Notes: a model not told the origin generated them from the letters alone. 64,000 nucleotides of DNA from a bacterium (GCA_963675755.2 CAXXMD010000003.1:480001-544000); one strand, 5' to 3'. Positions 52,043 to 61,612 are shown, numbered from the stretch's first letter. A program made the numbers and translations.

Positions 52043-52264
52043 ATGAACAAAAGAAAAACCTATAGCGGAGAATTTAAAGCAAAGATCGTAAAAGAATGGA
52101 TTTTAGGGAAAAAATCGCTTCAGGAACTGGCGATTCTGTACAATTTGCACCCAAATCAGATCAAAAACTGGAAATCTCTTCTTTTAAAGAATGCAGACCT
52201 GGTACTGGATGACCAGAGAAAAAACAGGACCCGATCAAGAAAAAATGATGGCGTAACTTGTTAA
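52043..52264 (+). mobile_element. Solo IS3-family OrfA-like HTH (transposase remnant)
   Basis: RKTYSGEFKAKIV...S..ELA..Y.LHPNQIKNWK; no OrfB/DDE gene or terminal IRs seen. Confidence 0.7.
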
Positions 52265-52302
52265 TTTCTCAATATCTACAAATATTCATTTTTATCCGGT
52301 TC

Positions 52303-52318
52303 TGGCATACCGGTTGCG
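52303..52318 (+). promoter_or_regulatory. Sigma-54 promoter for EF-hand gene
   Basis: TGGCAT-ACCGG-TTGCG; GG-N10-GC exact. Confidence 0.7.
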
Positions 52319-52498
52319 TAAAACGGATTGTGCATACTGTCAGCAAGATCAACGGCAGTAACCATTGATTGCAATCAAAACAGCACAAATCCGTATTAAT
52401 CATCAAGAGGGAGTAAATTGTTGTAATCTTGCTTGCAGACGAGAGGAATTGCAAGACCGGATTCAGCTTTTTACAACCTAAACAAAAGGAGTTGTAGA

Positions 52499-53521
52499 AT
52501 GATTAACAACGTAAGTAGTATGAGCCAGTATTCGGACATGACGAGTATGCGGTCCATGCAGGGAGGCAGAGATCCATCTCAAATGTTCAACAAAATGGAC
52601 AGCGACGGTGACGGAAGTATTGGCCAGGCTGAATTTGAGCAGGTAGCTGCAAAAATCTCAGAAATGACCGGCAATTCTATCAGTTATGAAGACGCATTAG
52701 CGACTTATGATTCTGATGGAAACGGAACGTTTAGCGCTTCTGAAATGGATTCTTTTATGAAAGCAAGTGGACCACCTCCACCTCCGCCCCCGGCGGAAGG
52801 TATGGGTTCCACTGAAGAATCAGACGATACCACCGAATCAGAGGAAACGGACCCGATCCTGTCAATGTTAAACCAGCTCAAGATGACCAATGAAGCACCC
52901 GGAGATCTGTTTGGAAAAATTGACAGCGATGGTGACGGCAGTATCAGCAAAGCTGAACTGCAAACCATGCTGGATGATATTTCTGAAATGACCGGGGAAT
53001 CAGTATCCGCTAGCGATGTAATAGCCGAATACGATTCTGATGGAGACGGCGTACTGGGTGAAAGTGAGATGGATGCATACATGAAAGACAATGCTCCCCC
53101 ACCACCTCCTATGGACGGATCCTTTGCATCGCAAGGTTCTGAAAATGATACCATTCTCTCATTATTGAACCAACTCAATATGTCTCAACCACCTTCCCCG
53201 GAAGAGTCCTTTGCGCAAATTGATAGTAATGGTGATGGTGGTATTGACGCAACTGAATTGCAATCCATGATGGAAGGTGTTTCAGACAGTTCTGATTCAG
53301 ACTTTTCAGCAAGTGACGCAATTGCAGAATACGATATAAACGGAGACGGAACACTTGATCAGGAAGAGATGGATGCGTTTGTTCAAAACAACAGGCCTTC
53401 CTTCCAGGCACAGCAAACCGTTTCTGCTTATGCCAACAACACACTCGATACATTGTCGCAATTGATCAGCTCTCAAGCGATCAACACGGCCAATAATGCA
53501 GCAGTAAGCATTATTGCATAA
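52499..53521 (+). CDS. EF-hand repeat calcium-binding protein (XopAW-like)
   Basis: Six DxDGDG-type loops in three repeated pairs separated by poly-Pro linkers. Start ATG 52499 after AAGGAG. Confidence 0.88.
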   Translation: MINNVSSMSQYSDMTSMRSMQGGRDPSQMFNKMDSDGDGSIGQAEFEQVAAKISEMTGNSISYEDALATYDSDGNGTFSASEMDSFMKASGPPPPPPPAEGMGSTEESDDTTESEETDPILSMLNQLKMTNEAPGDLFGKIDSDGDGSISKAELQTMLDDISEMTGESVSASDVIAEYDSDGDGVLGESEMDAYMKDNAPPPPPMDGSFASQGSENDTILSLLNQLNMSQPPSPEESFAQIDSNGDGGIDATELQSMMEGVSDSSDSDFSASDAIAEYDINGDGTLDQEEMDAFVQNNRPSFQAQQTVSAYANNTLDTLSQLISSQAINTANNAAVSIIA

Positions 53522-53532
53522 CACACCCCTCG

Positions 53533-53555
53533 TCCCCCGGTTCACCGCCGGGGGA
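53533..53555 (+). terminator. Terminator after EF-hand gene
   Basis: TCCCCCGG-TTCACCG-CCGGGGGA followed by TTTAATTTT. Confidence 0.7.
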
Positions 53556-53640
53556 TTTAATTTTGGAACATCCCCCTATCCGATACGTACAATTAACCAA
53601 TCAAACAGAAAAAATACATATTATTGGGGAAAATCAATCC

Positions 53641-54576
53641 ATGAAGCAATCGGACCGGTTTTTTATGCTATGCATGCTTTATTTTTTTACCACCACACTG
53701 CTTTTTAGCCAAATTGTAGAATCACCCAACCCTCAAACTAAAAACCCTGACTTACAATTCGATTATTACAAGCATCCTTTGTATGAAGTAGATCCAATCA
53801 AAACAGATTATATAACCAATTTTGCGCTTGGAGGAATTTTAGATGGATCTCTATATGGCTTAATAGGCGGAATTGCACTGGCAGGCACAAGTAGCAGCAA
53901 AGGTGCGGAAGGTGAAATTACAAAATCAATAACTTATACAATGGGAATAGTTGTAGGATCTGTTCTAGGTGGGTATTTGGGTTACCGAAAGGGAGCCCAA
54001 TATCAAAAACTGGCAGACACAAAACCCGGATTTCATGGTACCCGGAGAAATTGGGGCTATTCCGTGCAAGGTAGTGCAAATCAGAGTTTTCAATTTTATA
54101 ATGATTTGGGTACAAGCCTGGTTGTTCGTAAATGGTCACCAAAAAAATGGATACCGAATAAGTTATTTATCACGTTCAAAAAAGAAAATTACGATGGGGT
54201 GATCATTCCAAATAGTACTGGAAACTATAGTCACTGGGCTGAAGCAAAAAAAATTCAAGTATTATTTCAATACAGTACAAAACCCTCATTCACAAGTATA
54301 CATGCCGGATTTGGCCTTGGTTATGCGGATGGTACATATAATGAGCGCTGGTATGTCATTGATTACGTGACCAATATTGAAACCAATGTTGTACCTATTC
54401 ATACGATATATTTTATTACCAACCTTGGATTAGAGATAAACCTGGGAGATTTACTCTATTTACAGACAGATATAGAATATGATCCACTCGGCTTTTATAA
54501 TCATCTTCAAGAGTACCAATCTTTTAACGACCAACATCTCAAAGTGATTGTCAGAGTTGGTAGATTTATTTTCTAA
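53641..54576 (+). CDS. Hypothetical exported protein (glycine zipper + beta-rich C-terminus)
   Basis: Signal peptide from ATG 53641; GxxxG helices; ends VRVGRFIF. Confidence 0.65.
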   Translation: MKQSDRFFMLCMLYFFTTTLLFSQIVESPNPQTKNPDLQFDYYKHPLYEVDPIKTDYITNFALGGILDGSLYGLIGGIALAGTSSSKGAEGEITKSITYTMGIVVGSVLGGYLGYRKGAQYQKLADTKPGFHGTRRNWGYSVQGSANQSFQFYNDLGTSLVVRKWSPKKWIPNKLFITFKKENYDGVIIPNSTGNYSHWAEAKKIQVLFQYSTKPSFTSIHAGFGLGYADGTYNERWYVIDYVTNIETNVVPIHTIYFITNLGLEINLGDLLYLQTDIEYDPLGFYNHLQEYQSFNDQHLKVIVRVGRFIF

Positions 54577-54623
54577 AATTTATTATCTTTGTATACAAGA
54601 GTACAAATTATTAGGATTCTATA

Positions 54624-55568
54624 ATGTACATGATACGGAAAAACTCTCTAAAACTAGCATTATTATTACTTTTTATCACCACCCATTTAACTGCTCAAGA
54701 AACTCAATGGCAAAATATCACCCGTGATAATCCTGACAAAACATTCGATTATTTCAAACATCCCTTGTATGAGCACAATCCGCACAAAACCAATTACAAA
54801 ACCATTTATACTACATGGGGATTATTTGATGGTGCAATGGCAGGACTACTGGCTGGAGCAGCTTTGACATACCAATTGGTTGGTGTAGAAGGTGACATGA
54901 GTGTTGCAATAGCATGGGCTTTTATTCCTCCGGCAGGTTCTGTTGTTGGATTTATAACTGGTGGGATCATTGGTTATAAAAAAGGCAACAGGTATCAAAG
55001 TAAATTGGAAAAAAGTCCCGGATACTATGGCGTTCGAAGACATTTTGGTTATTCCGTATATGGAATATCCACGTCAGATTTGCAGCTCTATACAAATCCC
55101 GGGGCGGCGCTGGTTGTGCGAAAATGGACGAACAACAAGTATGTACCAAATAAAATCTTTTTTTCATTTGAAAAAGAACGATATGATGGACAGACAGCAC
55201 TTGTCAATTCCAGAGTATATAATTACTGGGGCAATGCAAAAAATTATGAGCTATTATTTCAATATGCTAAACAACCAAACTTTTGTAGTTTGCATTACGG
55301 GCTTGGGTTGGGATACGCAGAGGGTTCTTTTGAAGAAGAATGGAAAGACCCAATTACTGCTTATATTAAAAAAACAGAATCAACTCCTATAAATACTTTA
55401 TATCTATTTGTAAACACGGGAATAGAGTTCAATCTGAATGATTTTATATTCTTACAAGCCGATGTCGAATTCGATCCCATTGGTTTCCAATATCAACTCA
55501 ACCAACACAAGCACTTTGAACAACATCCCTTTACTTTTGTTTGCCGGATAGGGAGATTTATACTATAA
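54624..55568 (+). CDS. Paralog of the upstream glycine-zipper protein
   Basis: Shares NPD..FDY.KHPLYE, GY.KG..YQ, LVVRKW...PNK, GLGYA.G, E.DP.GF, R.GRFI. Confidence 0.7.
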   Translation: MYMIRKNSLKLALLLLFITTHLTAQETQWQNITRDNPDKTFDYFKHPLYEHNPHKTNYKTIYTTWGLFDGAMAGLLAGAALTYQLVGVEGDMSVAIAWAFIPPAGSVVGFITGGIIGYKKGNRYQSKLEKSPGYYGVRRHFGYSVYGISTSDLQLYTNPGAALVVRKWTNNKYVPNKIFFSFEKERYDGQTALVNSRVYNYWGNAKNYELLFQYAKQPNFCSLHYGLGLGYAEGSFEEEWKDPITAYIKKTESTPINTLYLFVNTGIEFNLNDFIFLQADVEFDPIGFQYQLNQHKHFEQHPFTFVCRIGRFIL

Positions 55569-55602
55569 TTTGCATTTTTCATCATACTTTTAAAAATAAT
55601 CC

Positions 55603-55631
55603 TTGACTTTAAATGAATGATCGTTTAATTT
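55603..55631 (+). promoter_or_regulatory. Sigma-70-like promoter with overlapping TetR operator
   Basis: TTGACT-17-TAATTT; inverted repeat TAAATGA-ATGA-TCGTTTA (55610-55627) between the boxes; related site at 56226-56243. Confidence 0.55.
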
Positions 55632-55637
55632 AGAGCT

Positions 55638-56207
55638 ATGAGACATAAAGATGAAAAAAAGTTTGATGCGATTTGCAGCGCGGCTATTTCTTTGATAAAC
55701 GAGATCGGGTTTGCGCAGGCTTCCATGTCCAAAATCGCAAAACGCGCTGAGGTATCTCCCGCTTCCATCTATACCTATTTCGAGAACAAGGAAGATATGC
55801 TGGTGCAGCTCTATATTCAGGGTAAACGAAAAATGATGATGTTTATCATGCAGGACTATAATCCGGATCTGAGTATAGAAACCTCTACAAAAACTATTTT
55901 TAAAAAGGTATTCCAGTTCGCAACCGAGCATAAAGACTTTTTTGCATTCACCGAACAATTTAGCAATTCGCCGCTTATCCATTGCGTCAAAGAGGAAACC
56001 CAGGATATGTTCATACCCTTGATGGAAATGGTAGAAAAAGCAAAAAAGGAAAACATTATTCGTGATCTGCCCTTGGAACTGATTACTGTATTCAGCTTTT
56101 TCCCCCTCATGCAATTGGGCAAGGCACATCTGAGTGGTGAAATTGAGATAGATGATGAACTCTTGGATACAGCAGTTGACCTGGCCTGGAGGGCCATAAC
56201 AGTATAA
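55638..56207 (+). CDS. TetR/AcrR family regulator
   Basis: GF..ASMSKIAKRAEVSPASIYTYFENKEDML HTH. Confidence 0.93.
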   Translation: MRHKDEKKFDAICSAAISLINEIGFAQASMSKIAKRAEVSPASIYTYFENKEDMLVQLYIQGKRKMMMFIMQDYNPDLSIETSTKTIFKKVFQFATEHKDFFAFTEQFSNSPLIHCVKEETQDMFIPLMEMVEKAKKENIIRDLPLELITVFSFFPLMQLGKAHLSGEIEIDDELLDTAVDLAWRAITV

Positions 56208-56367
56208 AAAATTTTCCTTTTAAAATAAATGAACATTCAATAAACATAGGCATTTGTTTTGATGAGTACCATACTTTTATTGTTAAAAATTACAGATAAA
56301 TTATCAATTACTATTTTATTAGCTGCCCTGCTACTGTTATTACTGGGACAACTATAAAATACAGGAG

Positions 56368-57570
56368 ATGAAAATGCAATACAGAACCGTTCCGAAAAAT
56401 GGTGACAAACTCTCAATTCTCGGCTTTGGTGCTATGCGCCTGCCTATGAAACGCAGACAAATTGATGAAAGTCGTGCCCAGGCCCAGATCTATTCAGCAA
56501 TTGATCAGGGTGTCAATTATGTAGACACCGCATGGCCCTATCACAATGGCGCCAGTGAGACCTTTTTGGGCAAGATTCTGCCGCAAAACGGGTATCGTGA
56601 AAAGATCAAACTGGCAACCAAACTGCCGCACTGGTCCGCTAAAAGCAAAACAGATATGCTGAACATTCTCGACAAACAACTCGCCAAACTGCAGACAGAC
56701 CATATAGATTACTATTTGGTACACAACCTAAACAAAGACAACTGGGCCCTTGCCAAAGAACACAGTGTGCTCGAGTTCCTGGATGACGCTTTGAAATCCG
56801 GCAAAATATTGAATGCAGGATTTTCATATCACGGCGCCGCCAGAGATTTTAACAGCATTGTAGACGATTATGACTGGACCTTTTGCCAGCTCCAGTACAA
56901 TTATCTGGATACGGAAAACCAGGCCGGTAAAGCCGGGTTGGAATATGCGGCCTCTAAAAATCTGGGCATTATAGTCATGGAACCGCTGCGTGGCGGAAAT
57001 TTATCCAAAACACCACCCAAAGCTGTGCAAAAGATCTGGGACGAATCAGACGAAAAAAAATCTCCTGCTGAATGGTCTCTGCGTTGGATCTGGGACCATC
57101 CACAGGTAACCACAGTGCTTTCCGGCATGAATGAAGAAGCCCATATTGAAGAAAATATTAAAATCGCCTCAAGTGCGTTACCCAACGCCATGTCCGAATC
57201 CGACCGCAATCGTGTTGATACCGCTGCTGCCACCTTTCGTCAGTTAATGAAAGCGGGCTGTACAGGGTGCCAATATTGCGTCCCCTGCCCCAAAAATGTC
57301 AATATTCCCGGATGTTTTGAACTATATAACTCGTTACATACGTTTAAAGAAAAGAGGGCAAAATTCAGATACATGGTTTTAAACGGCGGTATCATTGGTG
57401 GTAAACCCGGTATGGCATCGCAATGTATTGACTGTGGTGTTTGTCTTGAAAAATGCCCACAGAATCTGCCCATTCCTGATTTATTAAAGGATGTTAAAAA
57501 CGATTTCGAAGGCATTATGACCAAACCAACCATCTGGCTGGCCAAACAGGTTGTAAAAAGAATGCGTTAA
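56368..57570 (+). CDS. Aldo/keto reductase with C-terminal 4Fe-4S domain
   Basis: LGFGAMRLP, YVDTAWPY, LATKLP, MEPLRGG; CTGCQYCVPCP and CIDCGVCLEKCP. Confidence 0.92.
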   Translation: MKMQYRTVPKNGDKLSILGFGAMRLPMKRRQIDESRAQAQIYSAIDQGVNYVDTAWPYHNGASETFLGKILPQNGYREKIKLATKLPHWSAKSKTDMLNILDKQLAKLQTDHIDYYLVHNLNKDNWALAKEHSVLEFLDDALKSGKILNAGFSYHGAARDFNSIVDDYDWTFCQLQYNYLDTENQAGKAGLEYAASKNLGIIVMEPLRGGNLSKTPPKAVQKIWDESDEKKSPAEWSLRWIWDHPQVTTVLSGMNEEAHIEENIKIASSALPNAMSESDRNRVDTAAATFRQLMKAGCTGCQYCVPCPKNVNIPGCFELYNSLHTFKEKRAKFRYMVLNGGIIGGKPGMASQCIDCGVCLEKCPQNLPIPDLLKDVKNDFEGIMTKPTIWLAKQVVKRMR

Positions 57571-57590
57571 GAACAAAAAGGGAGAATATT

Positions 57591-58493
57591 ATGCATCAAA
57601 AATGGAATAGTGAAAATATATCGGACCAAAACGGACGGGTTGCCATTGTAACCGGTTCAAGCAGCGGCATTGGTTTTGAAACCGCTCGCGTTCTCGCAAA
57701 CAAGAATGCAGAGGTGATTATTGCTGTTCGCAATTTGCAAAAAGGCAACAAGGCTATGGAACGAATCAAGGCAGAGAACGCAAACGCAAATCTGCGCATC
57801 ATGGAACTGGATCTTGCGGACCTGGCATCGGTTAAATCTTTTGTAGAAACATTCAAAGCCAATTATGACCAACTGGACTTGCTCATCAACAACGCCGGCG
57901 TCATGGTACCTCCCTATTCAAAAACTAAAGACGGCTTTGAACTGCAAATGGGTACCAACCATCTGGGCCATTTTGCCCTGACCGCGCAACTGATGGATCT
58001 GCTATTAAAAACTGATAACAGCCGGGTTGTCAACGTATCCAGCATGGCACACAGATATGGCAACATTGATTTTGAAGATCTGGACTGGTCTACTCGTTCT
58101 TACAAACGCGAGCGTGCCTATGGTGACAGCAAAATTGCCAACCTCTATTTTACCCGAGTTCTGTCGGAAAAGCTGAATGCATCGGGTAACAATACCATTG
58201 CCGCGTCTGCTCACCCCGGCTGGACGGCTACCGATTTACAGCGGCATTCAGGATTGTTTGAATTTTTGAACAACTTTTTCGCCCAAAAAATAGAAATGGG
58301 TGCATTACCCACTCTCTATGCGGCGGTAGGCCCCGATGTTCAAAATGGTGATTTTTATGGTCCCAAAGGATTTATGGAAATGCGCGGCTACCCTGTCAAA
58401 GTTACCCCCAATGAACTGGCGCAGGACAAATCCATTGCCGAGCGCTTGTGGCAGGAATCTGAAAAACTGACAAACAATTCCTTTCAGATATAA
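57591..58493 (+). CDS. Short-chain dehydrogenase/reductase (retinol dehydrogenase/WWOX-like)
   Basis: TGSSSGIG, NNAGVM, NHLGHF, YGDSK, HPG. Confidence 0.93.
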   Translation: MHQKWNSENISDQNGRVAIVTGSSSGIGFETARVLANKNAEVIIAVRNLQKGNKAMERIKAENANANLRIMELDLADLASVKSFVETFKANYDQLDLLINNAGVMVPPYSKTKDGFELQMGTNHLGHFALTAQLMDLLLKTDNSRVVNVSSMAHRYGNIDFEDLDWSTRSYKRERAYGDSKIANLYFTRVLSEKLNASGNNTIAASAHPGWTATDLQRHSGLFEFLNNFFAQKIEMGALPTLYAAVGPDVQNGDFYGPKGFMEMRGYPVKVTPNELAQDKSIAERLWQESEKLTNNSFQI

Positions 58494-58499
58494 AACAAA

Positions 58500-58525
58500 A
58501 ACGGCCCATATTAATATGGGCCGTT
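58500..58525. terminator. Bidirectional terminator
   Basis: AACGGCCCATAT-TA-ATATGGGCCGTT between convergent genes, with A/T tracts on both sides. Confidence 0.8.
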
Positions 58526-58536
58526 GCTTTTTACAA

Positions 58537-59868
58537 TCAGGATGCTTTTAAAAGCTTTTTTCGGTTTTCATAGATCTTGGTAATTCCATCCGCAATATCA
58601 TCCATATCTTTTTGACTTCCCAGAAGTAGGTTCTGCGTAAAGCAAACCGCTTCGTCACACAACTGATCATTATTGGGAAGGTTATGCAGCTCGTCCCTGT
58701 ACCGGTCCAGTCTTTCTTTTGAAAACAGCCTTTTATATCCGCGTGAATTGAGCATTTCTTCAATCAATCCGTCATGGTACTGCGGACCGTAACCCGTACT
58801 TAGGGGAATACCTTCAGCCCTGGCTGCTTTAATAAACTGCTCTCGGGACAATCCGTCAAACTGTTCTTTTTTATAGCGGAACGGATACAAATGGTATGCG
58901 GAACGTGTTGCTCCATTAGCAAGCTTGTAGGGAATAATACCCGGAATATCTTTAATTTTGGAAGACAAATACAGCGCATTTTTCAACCGCAGATCTGCAT
59001 CTGCTTTGATACGCTTCATCTGTGATATGAGAATAACCGCCTGAAATTCCTGCATTCGGCGATTGCTGCCACGTGAAGGATAATTGCTGGTCTTTTTTAC
59101 ACTACCATACGGTCGTCCGCAGTTGTGAAAGGAAACACAGCGGTCCATAATTTCCTCATCATTCCCAACAATTGCACCGCCTTCACCCGCCGGCAAGTGT
59201 TTTGAGTTCTGAAAGCTGAAGCAGCCCAGGTCTCCCAGGGTACCGCATTTTTGTCCCTTGTATTCTGCAAGCCATGCCTGGCAGGCATCTTCAACCACAA
59301 CCAGATCATGCTTCTTTGCGGCCGCATTTATTCCATCCATGTCACATGGCATTCCGTAAATATGCACCGGTAAAATGGCTTTGGTGCGGTCAGTTACCCG
59401 CGACTCAATGGATGCGGGATCCATGGTAAAGGTCTCCTGGTCCGTATCGGCAAACACCGGTAAAGCTTTATTGATAATAACAGAATTATAAGTAGCAATA
59501 AAAGTGAATGGAGAAACAATCACTTCATCACCCGCATCCACACCCAGTACATGCATTGCCGTTAGCAGGGCAGTTGTACCGCTGGCTGTGGCAAGGCAGC
59601 GTTTTGCGCCCATCAGATCCGCGTATTTCTTTTCAAACTCGGTTACTTTGGTGCCATGTCCGCGATACCAGTTACCGCTGTGAAGCACGGAAAGGATATC
59701 CTCTTCAGCATCCGGGTCCCACACCGGCCATTTGGGCCAGGCACCGGAATGGACCTTTTGGCCGCCCAATACAGCCAGATCTCCGGATGCGGCTTGAATG
59801 TTACCCAACACGGGCATCATAAGGGCAGCGGCTGACGCCGTTTTAATAAATTTACGTCTTTTCATCAT
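58537..59868 (-). CDS. DegT/DnrJ/EryC1/StrS aminotransferase with Tat signal
   Basis: KRRKFIK; SGTTAL, TFIAT, PVHIYG, EDACQA, FSFQNSKHL..GEGG. Confidence 0.9.
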   Translation of the reverse strand: MMKRRKFIKTASAAALMMPVLGNIQAASGDLAVLGGQKVHSGAWPKWPVWDPDAEEDILSVLHSGNWYRGHGTKVTEFEKKYADLMGAKRCLATASGTTALLTAMHVLGVDAGDEVIVSPFTFIATYNSVIINKALPVFADTDQETFTMDPASIESRVTDRTKAILPVHIYGMPCDMDGINAAAKKHDLVVVEDACQAWLAEYKGQKCGTLGDLGCFSFQNSKHLPAGEGGAIVGNDEEIMDRCVSFHNCGRPYGSVKKTSNYPSRGSNRRMQEFQAVILISQMKRIKADADLRLKNALYLSSKIKDIPGIIPYKLANGATRSAYHLYPFRYKKEQFDGLSREQFIKAARAEGIPLSTGYGPQYHDGLIEEMLNSRGYKRLFSKERLDRYRDELHNLPNNDQLCDEAVCFTQNLLLGSQKDMDDIADGITKIYENRKKLLKAS

Positions 59869-60006
59869 ATTCTTCTCCCAATATATAATAACGGGGGTTT
59901 ACTATAGAACATCAATTAAAAAACATAAAATCCATTCTTAAAACTACAAGATTCATGAGATCAAATGGTATATCAATGACAGGATAATTTCGGACACAAA
60001 CAAAAA

Positions 60007-60029
60007 AGGGCCTGAACAATGCAGGCCCT
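60007..60029 (-). terminator. Terminator after GH51 gene
   Basis: AGGGCCTG...CAGGCCCT with an A-tract on the left (U-tract on the minus strand). Confidence 0.7.
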
Positions 60030-60036
60030 GAATTTT

Positions 60037-61575
60037 CTATTTTACAGTTAACATAACAACCGATTTCGGAGGCAGTGTTGCTTCCACCATACCGTCTTTG
60101 ATTTTAGCATTGGAAAAAGATTTAATAAACACTTTTTCATCTTTACCAAAATCATTATACGCATTGATTGCGTCTGCCGTAATAATTTCGCCACTGACAG
60201 ATTTTACATCAGTGCCGCGAACATCACAGGTTATGGTCTGTGCTTTGTTGGGATCAGAATTGGTCAGGCTGATATGGATAGCTCCATCTTTACGCGAAGC
60301 TGAAGCATTGATGGCCGGCACAGATTCTTCACCAAATGTATAATCAACAGTCTCAACACTGGAGGGTAACAATTCAGCATCATGATGCGCGGTAAAGAGT
60401 TTAAAAACATGCCAGGTGGGTGTCTTAACCATCATGTCGTCTTTGGTCAATACCACGGCTTGTAATACATTCACCGTCTGCGCAATATTACACATTTGCA
60501 CACGATCACAATTGTTATTAAAAATATTAAAATTGATTGCGGCAATCATGGCATCGCGCAAAGAATTTTGCTGATACAAGAATCCGCGTTCGGTTCCCGG
60601 TTCTACGTTGAACCAGTTACCCCACTCGTCTATAATCAAACCCACACGTTTTTCAGGATCGTAATAATCCATTATGGCTAAATTCTTTTGAATAATCTTT
60701 TCCATATACAGCGTTTGATCAATCTGCTCAAACCAGTCAGCTTCTTCAAAATCCGTTGCAGAACCCTTGTCACGCCAGTTTCCATTGGCAACAGTATAAT
60801 GATGCATGGAAATACCCTGCATCTGACGCGAACCCACATCTCTCATCAGGGTTTCGGTCCAGATCACATTATCTCCATTGGGGCCACACGCAACTTTGAA
60901 AGGACGTGTGCCACCCATAGTACGACAAAAAGTAGCGTAATGTTTATAGATAGGTGCATAATAATCCGGTGTCATGCTGCCACCACAGCCCCAAACCTCA
61001 TTACCAATACCCCAGTATTTTACTTTCCATGGTTTTTCACGGCCATTCTCTTTACGCCAGTTGGCCATAGGATTCCCAACCTCTCCGTTCACATACAATA
61101 CCCAATCTTTTAAATCTTTGGGCGAACCTGTGCCCACATTAACCGCAAGGTAGGGTTCACAATCCAGCAGTTCACACAGATTCAAAAACTCGTGCGTACC
61201 AAAGCTATTATCTTCAAGCACATTGCCCCAATGATAATTCAAGATCGGTGGGCGTTCTTCTTTGGGACCCACACCATCCTGCCAGTGGTAGGTATCGGCA
61301 AAACAACCACCAGGCCAGCGCAAATTGGGGATCTTGATTTCCTGCAAAGCCTCAACAATATCTTTACGATATCCGTTGATATTGGGAATGTCAGAATCTT
61401 CTCCCACCCAGATTCCACCATAAATACAATGTCCCAGGTGCTCTGCAAAATGACCATAAATATGTCGGCTAATGGTGTATTCAGCTTGATCCGCGTTAAT
61501 GATCAACTTGTTTTCAGCAGCGCTTAACGACAGCACTGCCAATAAAAGAACAAAAATGATAGTACGGCTTTTCAT
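60037..61575 (-). CDS. Alpha-L-arabinofuranosidase, GH51
   Basis: IYGHFAEHLG, LRWPGGCFAD, FGTHEF, GIGNE, DEWG.W, NIAQTVNVLQA; signal peptide. Confidence 0.95.
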   Translation of the reverse strand: MKSRTIIFVLLLAVLSLSAAENKLIINADQAEYTISRHIYGHFAEHLGHCIYGGIWVGEDSDIPNINGYRKDIVEALQEIKIPNLRWPGGCFADTYHWQDGVGPKEERPPILNYHWGNVLEDNSFGTHEFLNLCELLDCEPYLAVNVGTGSPKDLKDWVLYVNGEVGNPMANWRKENGREKPWKVKYWGIGNEVWGCGGSMTPDYYAPIYKHYATFCRTMGGTRPFKVACGPNGDNVIWTETLMRDVGSRQMQGISMHHYTVANGNWRDKGSATDFEEADWFEQIDQTLYMEKIIQKNLAIMDYYDPEKRVGLIIDEWGNWFNVEPGTERGFLYQQNSLRDAMIAAINFNIFNNNCDRVQMCNIAQTVNVLQAVVLTKDDMMVKTPTWHVFKLFTAHHDAELLPSSVETVDYTFGEESVPAINASASRKDGAIHISLTNSDPNKAQTITCDVRGTDVKSVSGEIITADAINAYNDFGKDEKVFIKSFSNAKIKDGMVEATLPPKSVVMLTVK

Positions 61576-61612
61576 TTATTGCCTCCGGTTTAGTTGATTT
61601 TTATATAACTAC

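Noticed and set aside
51700-52440. Complete IS3 element
   Set aside because: No OrfB/DDE frame, frameshift window or terminal inverted repeats identified.
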